NCBI RefSeq assembly: GCF_964204645.1
Contig: NC_134030.1
Coordinates: 8,103,122-8,167,121 of the forward strand
DNA: 64,000 nucleotides
Source: Tubulanus polymorphus
Taxonomy: Eukaryota; Animalia; Nemertea
Direction: 5' to 3'
This document shows positions 10,652 to 27,568 of the stretch, in pieces. The notes below the pieces were generated by a model, which was not told the origin of the DNA, did not search any database, and saw only the letters and a program-made list of their open reading frames with translations. The translations under genes were made by a program, and so were the position numbers. The first letter of the stretch is position 1. Every line of letters starts with the position of its first letter.

Positions 10652-11080
10652 TTATAATATATATTTTTATTAAAATTGATTAACATATTTGGAGTTATGA
10701 TATTTTGATTTAAGATGGTGTGATTTATTGCTTCGAGTATAATATTTTCCACAATTACATAAAACGCTTTCATTAGGATTATATTTAGGCGCAACAATTT
10801 CATCATCTGAATTACATTGAATTCCAATATCTTTATAAGAATTATTATTATCTAATTCACATTGAATACCAATATTTGATGAATTTTCATTATAGATAAT
10901 TGGTTTATCATCAAAATTTAAATAATATTATTGTCTTTTTTCAATTCTTAAGTTAATCAAATTATTGTAACCTCTAGAAAGTATTAAATCATCATTTCTT
11001 TCATTGAAAGGAGTTTCAAGAATATTTATAATTTTTTCATCTAAAGTTCCTTTATGATTTAAAACTGTATTAAATATGTT

Positions 11081-11509
11081 TTAAAAATGATTTTTGATTC
11101 CATTATCTATCAGTTCAATAATTAAATATGCTTTATTTGATAATATTTGATTGATTATAGAAATTTTATCAATTTTATATTGTCTTCCATACACTAAATT
11201 TGTTGCTGAGATATAATTTGTAATGTTAAATAATGAAAATAAGTTATCATTATTCATATTTCTAATATGACTTTTAGATTTTAAATGTTCATTATAATAT
11301 CTTTTATCACTGAATGATTGATTACATGTATCACATTTATATGTTTCTTTTTCATTCTTTAATTCATCTAATTTAGTTTCTAATATATCATCTTTATATT
11401 CTAGTTTCAATTTATTCTCTAAATGTGTTTTAGTTTTATTGTGTCTTGATTTTTGGGATTTATCTATATTGATATTACATGTTGGGCAGTAGTACTTATT
11501 TGCTTCCAT
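11081..11509 (-). CDS. Zinc-finger protein, right-arm copy; longer, with disrupted continuation to ~10680
   Basis: Same N-terminal fingers as 4368; a downstream broken frame carries another finger CNCGKYYTRSNKSHHLKSKYH. Confidence 0.65.
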   Translation of the reverse strand: MEANKYYCPTCNINIDKSQKSRHNKTKTHLENKLKLEYKDDILETKLDELKNEKETYKCDTCNQSFSDKRYYNEHLKSKSHIRNMNNDNLFSLFNITNYISATNLVYGRQYKIDKISIINQILSNKAYLIIELIDNGIKNHF

Positions 11510-11715
11510 TTTAATACTAAATTTTTTATTAAAATTGATTTTAGAAGTTCAATGATTTATATCATGTATTATTTCAATCACACTTTACTAACACTTTTAA
11601 TGTTTAAAAATCTAACTCATACAAATATAAATATTGAAATAATGTTGTAAATATATACTTTTATATTGAATAATCTGTCAATTTAAATGTTATTCATGTA
11701 TATGATTATTTTAAG

Positions 11716-12123
11716 AGTAATAGGGGTAATGGGCTTTCAGGTTAAAGGTTGAATGGTCGAGTTCATTAAAAACAAATATTAAAAGTAATTTAAAACTATA
11801 ATATATTTTCATAACCGTGTGTATTTCAGTTGAATAATAGAATAATTATTATTATTAAAATATATTTGATTATATGAATTTGTGTATTGTAAATAAATCA
11901 ATTGGTCGCGGAGCGGAGCGGTAGCGAAGTGGAGCGACCAATTGATTTAATACAATATGCTTTTAAAATTTAAATTATTGATATCTTAGAATAAATGTTT
12001 AGTTATAATATAAAATACACACGGTTATGAAAATATATTATAGTTTTAAATTACTTTTAATATTTGTTTTTAATGAGCTCGACCGTTCGACCTTTGGCTT
12101 GAAAGCCCATTACCCCTATTACT
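11716..12123. repeat. Right terminal hairpin (408 nt; ~110-bp outer stem, AT-rich bubble, inner stem, GC-rich apex)
   Basis: 11716-~11826 pairs with ~12013-12123 (6 mismatches); inner stem TAAATCAATTGGTCGC/GCGACCAATTGATTTA. Confidence 0.95.
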
Positions 12124-13503
12124 AATATCTAAACATACGTGAAATAATCAATCACCAAATTTTACAAAACGTGTCCATTAGAAAAATGTAAATTTCAAAA
12201 ATATCTAATCTGAATGGAGAAGGAAGGGGGAGCCTAACATCCACCAAATATCCTCATAATCAACCCTTTCGGAAATGTGTTTATAAACTCTACTAGGGCA
12301 GGGAGAAATAATGACCTAAGAAATTCGGTTATCTAAATTCAATATCAAACCACATTAAAATCATTTGAAAACGCGTTTAAATGAATTCATGTTCTTCCTC
12401 ATCGGTTAAATAATCATCATTATCATCATTGTTATCATCATTTGCGTTGCCGCAGCAACCGCATCCACCGTGGGCATCGTCAGCGTCAGTTATCTAAATT
12501 ACGCGAAAATAAAGATCTTCACCAATGGAAATAACATCTGACGAAATCATCTTGAAAATAACATCTTAAAATTGATCTACGCTGCTCGACGAAAATAAAA
12601 ATCTTCAAATGTTAACGAAAATATCATCTTTCTGAATGATCTTGAAAATAACAATCTTAAAATTAATCTACACCGGGCGACGAAAATAACAATCTTTCGA
12701 CGGGCGCCTTCGTCGGTATTTGAAACTTACTCGTTTGAAGCCGGACATGCTCGTAGGCATCACAGGTGAAGCGATAAATCCTAAATAGTTAATAACGGTC
12801 GTCTCTTCACCTCCTTGATTATCATTTACGAATATCTGGAAAATTAACATAATGCATAATCAACTCGAATTATACTAAAAAATATGAATGACTATTATAC
12901 GGACAAATTTATTTAGAATCTTGCACGAGCTTAGTATTGTTGATATTGAATTGTTTTGTTTTTTTAATCAGTATTGTTGATTCTACTATGTTCTTCAAAC
13001 TAAGAAAACTATGGTTAAATACGAAAGAACAAGTTTACTTCCGAATTGAATTTCACAGTTTAAGCCAGGTCGAATTTATAGGGTCCAGCACTACGGTTCA
13101 TCGTACTAAAAAAATATTCCACTTAGAATTAAATTTAAAATCATTATACTATTTATTCAAAACTATATCTTAATTTCCTGACGGTGTTACCTCTGTCAGA
13201 GTTCATGTTCACCCAGTCCTGAGAAAGGCCGGTTCGCGGAGCTCCGTATACTGCCTATACTAAACAGCTCGCGTGAACCACCCGCGTTAGCGATATACCA
13301 CTGACACTAAGGTTCTCAGTGAAAGTTCATGACGGTGTCGGGCGGCTTCCTGACGGTTTCAGGCGCTTCCCTGGCGGTTTCTGGCGGTTCGTGACGGTGT
13401 TTAGTATGACCGTGGAAACTGGAAGCTGACACTACTGTCGAATTTTGGTTTGATTTTTAACAGTTTCGGAACTACATTTTGCTGAAAGATTGAAATAACG
13501 AGC

Positions 13504-18273
<4,770 letters not shown>

Positions 18274-19699
18274 CGTAGAAATACTAGATGTTTCATCAAT
18301 TCGCCAAACTGCAGGGTAGAATAGACAACTTTAAATGCGTCGAGTTTCTGCCACCTTGCGATGATGCACGATTTTAACGATAACTTTTGTACGGACTTAA
18401 TTATGATCATCTCGTCGTCTACCCTGTTGTCACGTCTACAGGATCATCTGCGTACAAAAACATCAATTACCCGCGCGTAAGAACTATAGAGGAACATTTT
18501 AGATTATCTAATTTGCGAGAGACTGAAACAGCAATGAATGCCTTGTGTGTTTAGAAATTTGCGTTCGGAATTTGTGCGGTGGTACGTGTAGAAACAAAGT
18601 TGTTGTTACTGTAAATTGTGATTTCGTCGTCTAAGACAGATTGGCATGTCGGTTCTCAACTTGCGGTGGCTGTCATCATGCCTGTGCTTTTTTCATTCAG
18701 TGGCATTTCATATTTGTTACGACTGGTACTGCGAACTGTTGTACTTTTATGGATTTAATGAAAGTATGTAATAATAAAATAAACTGTAGTTGCCAAAGTT
18801 ATTCTTCTAAATTCTGTCAATAAAAATGTTACAGTATACCATGCCTCTTAAGATTTATAGCTGACAAACAAAATATTCTGACGACTGAATCTATTTGTAG
18901 ACACCAGGATTTTGATGCTGTTACCCCACAAAAAACTTTGCTTTAAGATATATGGAAATGACGTTCCAACTCAAGAAATTATATCTTCTTTGATTGAACA
19001 AGGGTTCTATATCGTTGTAGTCCTTGGTCATCCGCTGAACATCCGTAGAATAATATAGAATAATATTTGGTACTAAAAATGTAGGACTAGTAGCATTCAG
19101 AAACAAGGCCCCACTCGCTGGTTCGAATAACTAGTCGCCAAATAAGGAACAATTAAGCAACTTCACTGGGGTCAGAAAATTTAGAAGAGATCGGATAAAA
19201 ACTAGGACTAGTAGCTCTCAGAGATATGGGCCCCACTCACTACGGTACCTCCTGGGGGGTCAAATCCAAAAAAAGACTATACACATGTATAGTGTTTTAG
19301 CCCTTAACCCGCAGATCATTGATAGCAAGTTTCATCTGGATTAGAAAATAACTGTAAGGGCAGTTGCAATATAAACCAACAGTTGGCGAGGAAGGATGAC
19401 GATGATGGCTGTGACCAAAAATAGATAAGACCAATCATTTGCTCTGGAACTTTGAAAAATTGAAGAAAAAACGCATCAATTGTACAGAAAATGTATACAT
19501 ATATTAATGTACTATAGGAAAATATTAAGAAAAAGTTCAGCAGCTGATGATGCATAGATTAAACATAAAATATCGTCTTAAAAACATAACGATAAATGAT
19601 GGATGGACAAGATACCTAGATCTACTAATGACAGTAGAAAAAAATCATTGTTTTACACATAATTTAACTACGTAATGAGATTCTTGATAACGTCGAATA

Positions 19700-21559
19700 T
19701 CAATCGCTGTCGATCTTACAAGCGACGGATAACGGATCACAGTTCTTGTACAGCTGAAAGTGCGGGTTATTCAAGTCGCCATTTTCGGTAGAAGCCTGCG
19801 GATCATTGGACGGTTTTCCGGTGGTTTTAACGCACGCGCATCGAGCGTGCTTGCTGCCCGGTTTGAAATAACTACGCGGAACTCCGACCCAGTCTCTTTT
19901 GATTCCACCGCTGAAAGATGAAAAGGTATAACCATTCAAACATACGCTAACTATCACAATAACACCACACACAATTTTAGTAAAATATTTCAGCTGTTTT
20001 CAACGACATGATATGAATTTTGATCAGAGTAATCAGAGTAAACCCAGTTTGAAAATACTCAAGTAAAGGCCTCATCTAAGTAATTCATTACCAACCTTTC
20101 ATTCGAACACCACACAGTGCTTCCCTTTCCTTCTGCCCAGGCTGCATTACACGGTGGATACAGATTATTGTCGTCAAGCTGTTCAGTGCGTAAACCTAGC
20201 GCTGTATCTAATCTCTTTTCAAAAGTTTTCAAGTTATTAGTAGGCTTTCCGAGTTTGTCATAGAAATGACCAACCAATTTACCTGTACAAGTGGAGAAAC
20301 AAAGTTATCAAATCGTTGCCCACACTTGATGATGCGTCTCTTGAGAAAGTCCGAAACATTGTGTTGTATTTTCAATTCTTCAGAAATAAATTTCACTTAA
20401 AAGAGTTGATACCTTGTTTCTCATTTCTGCTCAGCATAAACATTGACCCGGCGGCCCACCTCTACTTGTTCATTATTTCTTTTTTCAAATGTGATCAAAC
20501 TAACAATAACAGACCCGGCAGTCATAGAAATGAACCAATTACAAATTGAATTGCGATTTACAAAATCGTAATCGTTTAGGAGAAACAAGGAATCATTTTT
20601 TAGCCTCATTTTTTGAATCTTGTATATAATGGTTTTAATCTTATCTATTTTACACATCTGTGAATGGCTACACTATTCTATTATGCCACTATGATCAACG
20701 GACATGAGTCCCATTTTAATTTACACTGTGGAACTTATGCTCTGACTGAATCAACAAATCATAATTACCAGGATATACCGATAAACCAAACACCCTAATA
20801 GGTTGCAAAAGGTTGAGATGATACACAATTTCCGAGTGAGATGAATACGTAAAAAATCCCACAATAATACGACCAGAAAGAGACAAGAATTTCTTACTAA
20901 CAACAAAACCATTCTCAGGTTAGGTTGGATGGTTTCATCTGTTCAAATGTTCATTTGTTCGAACTACTGGAATAATCTTATCTAAAAAATACCTATATAT
21001 TTGTATTTTTCCTCGTAGAAATTCTGCCATTCGTCGAGTTGAAGCATGTCGGTATCTTGAAGTTCGTCGAGATTATCGGTGAGATCGGTGTCGAACTGAC
21101 CAGTTACATACGCCCGACTCGCATCCTTCGCTGCAAAAATACACACATTTTCATTTTATTAAATGAATATGCGAGCTCATCAAACTTATTTATCGGCATA
21201 AAACATCTCAACAAATATTTTTTGGAAAAAGATAAATTGATAGGATAAGTACCTGCGAATGCATGGTATCCCCCATTGGGTCCGTAATGCTTCGCACCAG
21301 CGCTTACGTCGTAAATTTTTCCTAGAACAGCCAGGTACAAGCCTCGACTTTTGGGCCCACCGTCATACGACAAAAGTTGTTGCTTAGTCATCACGATGTC
21401 ACCAGTCGTCGTTGACTCGTTGGGTTCGTCATCGCCATAGAGCAGATTCCTGCCGAGACGCGTGACTCTATTTCGATGCTCTTCGAATGCCGGAAGCAAC
21501 GCGAATACGGCTAGAATGGCTACCATTAATGACGAAATCGATATCGCCTTGTAATACAT
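19700..21559 (-). CDS. CYB5D2: Neuferricin (cytochrome b5 domain-containing protein 2), 4 exons
   Basis: Exons 21559-21253, 21130-20993, 20282-20096, 19910-19700; N-terminal hydrophobic segment, LYLAVLGKIYDV...HYGPNGGYHAFA, DASRAYVTG, PPCN...WCS, RDWVGVPR, RCACV. Confidence 0.95.
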
Positions 21560-23869
21560 GGTTTTTATCTGAAAGATTCAAGAGTCAACGTCGCGATGAT
21601 GCAATGGGTCATTTTTTTATTACTTTCACACATTAGGAGAGGGTTAGTGCAATTGAGTGCCGTAATGCTGTGTACTGCAACAAGTGAATGATCCCCAAGG
21701 GCCAAGTAACATATGGCAAGGCGTATCAAGGAATTAGGCCATTCGACGTCCATAATAGGGATAAATAGATCTGCAATAGCACTGGACCAATATGGCAATC
21801 ATAAAACGTGACAATTGTTGGATATCACACCCACTTTTCTTTTGACATTTTTAAGTCCAGAGAGGATTGAAACAATAAAAGATTGAATTGTTGAATATTT
21901 GTACATTGATGGGATTTTCGGCACGATTCTACGCTATTGAACTTAGTGACATCGGTTGAATTGTGGGGTTTTATGTGTCATTGATATAATGGAATATATA
22001 GAAAATGCAGATATACACATGAAAACAAGTTCTTGCCTGTACAAAGGTAAAAAATTCCATCTAGGGCAATCTTAAGACCTGCTGCATATGGCGTCACAAG
22101 CCCCGAGGCTTGTCACGCCATATTGGGGCCTGACACGCCATGTGGTAAACGTAAAATGAAAATCAAATCCTATGCATGAGATGAAACGTCGACTAAGTCT
22201 CGCGGGTTTTTCTTCCGAAGTTGAAATATTCGGTTGGATATTAATTTGTCTTAGATGATTTACAACGTATTATATATACATAATAAGAACTACATATTAC
22301 ATCGCATTTACACTAAAATGAGTTTTACAGAATAGAAATTGATCGTTGTTTGTTAATCTAATGCAGTGTACACACATTTTGAAACACAATTTAAACAATC
22401 ATATATTTCGCCAGCATATGAAAAATACAAAAACATTACATATATATCTACTGAATGAGTTTTACAGGATAAAGATTTTAATTAACTATCTTACATTTCA
22501 ATGAATCATTCATCTATTTCACATGATTTGTTGATCAATTAGTCTTAGAAGAACATGGATAATGTTAGAAAAACATATATGGTGAGCCAGGCTCCAATCT
22601 AGTGTGATCTGCAGTCATATGGCTCCTAAAATCGCTAAGCCTTCTATATGGCGTGTCAGGCCCCAAATGTTCTGCAGCCAATATGGCGTGTCAAGCCCCA
22701 AATTGTCTGCAGAATAGCTTCAATAATTGAAACATGGTTTGTCGAACGGTTTTCTATGGAAGCAATTAAATTATATCTTTAGTTTCAATTAGTTATATAT
22801 TGTTCATGATTTGATAATCACAAAACAAATACTGCTAGAAAAACCGCGATTTGTCTTCTATATGGGGTGTCAAGCCCCGAATGTTCTGCAGCCAATATGG
22901 CGTGTCAGGCCCCAAATGGTCTGCAGATTAGCTTCAATTGAAACATGGCGTGAGAGGACCCGATCAGTTTTCCTATAATTGTCACTAATTATCATAAATA
23001 TTCAAAGATTTATCATTCTACATGGTTTGTCAATCGTTTAGACTTAGAAAGAAAGCAAATATTGTTTCAAAAATAGCTCCTCAAATCACGCTGTCTTCTA
23101 CATGGCGTGTCAGGCCCCAAACGGTCTGCAGCCAATATGGCGTGTCAGGCCCCAAACGGTCTGCAGAATAGCTTCAATTGAGATATGGCGTGAGAGGACC
23201 CGAACGATTTTCCGTACAAACAAATGAATAATTGTCACTAATTATCATAAATATTCAAAGATTTATCATTCTACATGGTTTGTCAATCATTTAGACTTAG
23301 AAAAAAGGCAAATATTGTTTCAAAAAGCTCCTAAAATCACGCTGTCTTCTACATGGCGTGTCAAGCCCCAAACGGTCTGCAGAATAACTTCAATTGAGAC
23401 ATGGCGTGAGAGGACCCGATCGATTTTCCGTACAAACAAATGAATAATTGTCATTAATTATCATAAATATTCAAAGATTTATCATTCTCCGTGGATTGTC
23501 AGTCATTTAGACTCAGAAAAAAGGCAAATATTGTTTCAAAAATAGCTCCTCAAATCACGCTGTCTTTCACATGGCGTGTCAAGCCCCAAACGGTCTGCAG
23601 AATAACTTCAATTGAGACATGGCGTGAGAGGACCCGATCGATTTTCCGTACAAACAAATGAATAATTGTCATTAATTATCATAAATATTCAAAGATTTAT
23701 CAGTTTGTCAATCATTTAGACTTAGAAAAAAGGCAAATATTGTTTCAAAAAGCTCCTCGAATCACGGTGTCTTCTACATGGCGTGTCAGGCCCCAAATGT
23801 TCTGCAGTCAATATGGCGTGTCAGGCCCCAAACGGTCTGCAGAATAGCTTCAATTGAGACATGGCGTGA

Positions 23870-25354
23870 AAGCTAATTTGCAAGCTAATTTCAACAGAAG
23901 TCTTTCGGATATTATTAAACGTTTCCCCTCCGATAAAGAAACTCTGAATAAGTTCCATTCACGTCTTCCCTCTTTACCATATATCTATGGATTGCCTAAA
24001 ATTCATAAAGATAATGTTCCACTGCGCCCTATAGTCTCCAATTGTAATTCTCCTACATACCGGTTATCTAAATTTCTCACGAAACAGTTATCTCCGGTGC
24101 TCGGTTCGTTCTCTCCGTCGCACCTTCGCCATAATCAACACTTACTTGAACGTATTAAGAATATTATCCCTGGCAACGACAAATTTATATCATTTGATGT
24201 TACTTCCCTTTTTACCAATGTTCCTCTTGGACCTACTCTTGATTTCTTAAATCTCTATTTGTACGACGGACTCCTTTTTTGAATTCAACAATTGTTTTTA
24301 CGAACAGACATTCGGTATCGCTATGGGAAATCCTCTTAGTCCTATTCTAGCTAATTTATTCCTAGAACATGTTGAATCTGAAATATTGCCTCTTTACACT
24401 GATATTAACCCTAAAATCTGGCTCAGATATGTTGACGATGTTCTGGCTTTGGTTCCCTTTGACTTCAATGTTGATAACTTTCTTATATATTTAAACTCCC
24501 TTTACCCGTCTCTGGCTTTTACGTATGAATGGGAATCTAATAGTAAAATACCTTTTCTGGATGTTTTGATTTTTAACTGTGGATCCTTTTTGAAATTCGC
24601 GGTTTATAGGAAACCTACCAACGCTGAATCCTACCTCCATTACTTCTCTTTTACTTCTCCGGATATTAAACTCGGTTTAGGTCAAGGATTATTTCTTCGC
24701 GCTTTGAGAATTTGCGACCCCTCATTTCTACCCGATGAAATTCACCATATTAACCAATCTCTCAAAAAACTTGCCTACCCCGATTTCCTATTGAAAAAAG
24801 CTCTACTTAAAGCTCGTACTACGCATTTTAGAAATAACAACCTTAGAACTCCTACGTTGGCTACCGATAAACAGCCTATCATTGTACCGTATGTACCTTT
24901 CCTCGAGAATTCTAAAGTTTCTCTTCGGTCACTAAATAAACAACTCATCTTTAAATACAATAATAAACTTAGTAACATATTGATTAACAACAAACCGAAA
25001 ACCGAATCCCTAAACTGTGGAATTTATAAAATACCTTGTAAAGTTTGCGACAAAGTATATATAGGAGAAACAGGTCGGAATCTTAATCAACGCATAAAAG
25101 AGCATAAATTAGATGTAAAAAACTTTAAACCTGAAAGCGGAGTTGCTAGTCATGTTTTTCAGACTTCACACAATTTTGATTTTGCTAATGCTGAATTAGT
25201 TTACCCTTGCAGCGATAAAACTAGAAGACATATTTTGGAATCTGCATTAATTATTGAAAATTCGAACAACGTTGTAAACCATAACAATGGTTTTTCACCC
25301 CATAATAAACTTATATCAAAATTCCTCTGTAAACTGGTTAAACTCAACACTTGA
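23870..25354 (+). pseudogene. Penelope reverse transcriptase + GIY-YIG endonuclease, broken near 24250-24280
   Basis: YGLPKIHK...PLRPIVS, SFDVTSLFTNVP, MGNPLSP, RYVDD, GIYKIPC...YIGETGR. Confidence 0.93.
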
Positions 25355-25663
25355 TTTCCCCTTTGATTATTTGTTATTTGTTCTCTCATCAATTTCGTCT
25401 CTGACTTAACTTGTATTCACCTTTGTTTTAATTTAAGATCCCCCTAGTTTGTCTTTCTTTTTACTACTGACTTTAAGTTTCATTTATATTTATACTCACT
25501 ATTGTTGTTTATAATCACCCCTTAGTTTGCTTCCCTTTAATCTATTTTAGCGTGTAACTGTTTCTACGTTAATTTTCCTTTAGTTTGTATCATCTCTGAT
25601 TACTTGAATTAGTCTCTTTGTCTCTGGATTGTATATATATCTCATAATTTCTGTAGTATCTCA

Positions 25664-25710
25664 TTATTCCTGAAGATGACTATTAGGATATAGTCGAAAC
25701 GTTGAAATAA
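25664..25710 (+). ncRNA. Minimal type I hammerhead ribozyme of the Penelope terminal repeat
   Basis: CTGAAGA core (25670), stem II GACTAT/ATAGTC, GAAAC-GTT with palindromic ACGT stem III, weak stem I TTATTC/GAAATAA. Confidence 0.8.
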
Positions 25711-27469
25711 ACTACTATCTCGAAGTTTCATTTTCGGACTTTTTATTATCATTGTGGGATTCTCTCCTCATGGCGTGAGAAGACCCGAATGATTTTCCGT
25801 ACAAACTAATGAATAATTGTCATTAATTATCATAAATATTCAAAGATTTATCATTATACATGGTTTGTCAATCATTTAGACTTAGAAAAAAAGGCAAATA
25901 TTGTTTCAAAAAGCTCCTCAAATCACGCTGTCTTTCACATGGCGTGTCAGGCCCCAAATGTTCTGCAGTCAATATGGCGTGTCTGGCCCCAAACGGTCTG
26001 CAGAATAGCTTCAATTGAGACATGGCGTGAGAAGACCCGAACGATTTTCCGTACAAACAAATGAATAATTGTCATTGATTATCATAAATATTCAAAGATT
26101 TATCATTCTACGTGGATTGTCAATCATTTAGACTCAGAACAAAAGGCAAATATTGTTTCAAAAAGCTCCTAAAATCACGCTGTCTTCTACATGGCGTGTC
26201 AGGCCCCAAACGGTCTGCAGAATAGCTTCAATTGAGACATGGCGTGAGAGGACCCGAACGATTTTTCCGTACAAACAAATGAATAATTGTCACTAATTGT
26301 CTTAAATGTTCAAAGATTAATCCTTCTATATGATTTGTCAATTATTTAGTCTTAGAAAAAAAAGCAAATACTGTTACAAAAAGCTCCTAAAACCACGCTG
26401 TCTTCTACATGGCGTGTCAGGCCCCAAAGTGTTCTGCCGCCAATATGGCGTGAGAGTACGCGATCAGTTTTCTATGGAAGCAATTAATTGTCACTAATCA
26501 TATCTTCAGTTTCAATTAGTTATATATTGTTCATAATCATTAAGTCTAAGAAAAAAAAACAAATACTGCTAGAAAAATCGCGATTTGTCTTCTATATGGC
26601 GTGTCAGGCCCCAAACGGTCTACAGAATATAGCTTCAATTTACATGGCGTGAGAGGACCCGATCAGTTTTCCGTAGAAATAAATGAAAAATTGTGACTGA
26701 TTATCTTAAATTAGTACAATAATCATTAAGTCTTAGAAATAGGTTTATAAATCGTTGTTTCTCTTTTGTTCATATGTAAAAATATACAAAATCGCTTATG
26801 TAAATGTAGCTGATGATCTCCTGATCGTCTCGCACCATAACGGAAACCTGTAAAAAACATATTCGAAGAATTTTACATAAAAATCTTTCGATATATATGC
26901 ATCTGAATATAGTTAAGAAAATAAGTTAAGAAAAAATAGAAATTCATTACACATTGACATACCGGTACTTGAAATTATCTCATTCAGGTTTTACACGTCG
27001 TATCGGACTTAAAAACGTGGTCCGTTCGACGCGAACATACATCTTCGTTCCGCGTGAATTATATATAGTCTGCATTTTACTCGGGGCTTGTGACGCCATG
27101 TCAGATATGGCGTGACAAGCCCCGGGGCTTGTGACGCCATGTTCTGCTGATTCTTAAGATTGACTTCACTCAAAAATTCGTTAGAGTAAAATAAAAATAG
27201 TAGGACCGGCGACCTTGAGAAATTAAATCGGGGTCTCACCGTAGACTGGTTACCGGTTTCTATCAAATTTAAATCCACCTTTATTGAATAATTTACAGCC
27301 TGAAGACATATTTGCTTCCCATCCCTAAATCCCAAACTATGCAAGAAGTAAATGAGATTGTCAAGTTACCGTTTTGATTTCTGGTTTAGGTAACGTTACC
27401 CATTTTTATATCGGTTGAATAATTTGTTTTCTTAAGAAAATGCCAAAGGGCAACATTTTTTTGGATAAG

Positions 27470-27568
27470 CAGTCAGGAACACTTTCCAAAAACGGCTTAT
27501 TCTGCCAATTTCGGCGTTTTCCGCCAATAACGGCAGAATAAGCCGTTTTTGGAAAGTGTTCCTGACTG
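27470..27568. mobile_element. 99-bp minimal derivative of the 13627-14976 element
   Basis: Same TIR sequence; 5-bp TSD ATAAG. Confidence 0.9.

Larger units (their letters stand above)
3930..12123. mobile_element. Polinton-related, integrase/packaging-ATPase virus-like element; palindromic, hairpin-ended, partly decayed
   Basis: 6-bp TSD AATATC at 3924-3929 and 12124-12129; termini AGTAATAGGG...CCCTATTACT; c-integrase and A32-like ATPase ORFs; intronless, very AT-rich, tightly packed ORFs. Confidence 0.92.
3570..12835 (-). pseudogene. TXNL1: TXNL1 (PITH domain) 3' fragment: last two coding exons only
   Basis: Exon 12835-12731 (AG/GT flanked) encodes IFVNDNQGGEETTVINYLGFIASPVMPTSMSGFKR; exon 3599-3570 encodes VVGKKGESH*, the TXNL1 C-terminus. 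The last acceptor reads CTG rather than CAG. AATAAA on minus at 3408-3403. No upstream exons seen in the window. Confidence 0.8.
23870..25768 (+). mobile_element. 5'-truncated Penelope-like retroelement
   Basis: RT plus GIY-YIG ORF; flanked by duplicated CATGGCGTGA at 23860-23869 and 25769-25778. Confidence 0.93.
22620..26740. repeat. Tandem array of ~200-240-bp units with ATGGCGTGTCAGGCCCCA sub-repeats
   Basis: About ten units, interrupted at 23870-25768 by the Penelope insertion. Confidence 0.92.
22076..27153. mobile_element. TTAA-flanked non-autonomous DNA transposon (Kolobok-like) carrying an internal satellite
   Basis: TTAA at 22072-22075 and 27154-27157; imperfect TIRs containing ATGGCGTCACAAGCCCCG(A/G)GGCTTGTCACGCCATAT; GA...TC ends. 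The superfamily call is an inference. Confidence 0.7.

Noticed and set aside
3930-12123. Complete canonical Polinton/Maverick or adintovirus
   Set aside because: No PolB, protease or capsid ORF is recognisable and there is no room for them; the ends are hairpins.
22620-26740. CRISPR-like repeat-spacer array
   Set aside because: The intervening sequences repeat too; it is a tandem satellite.
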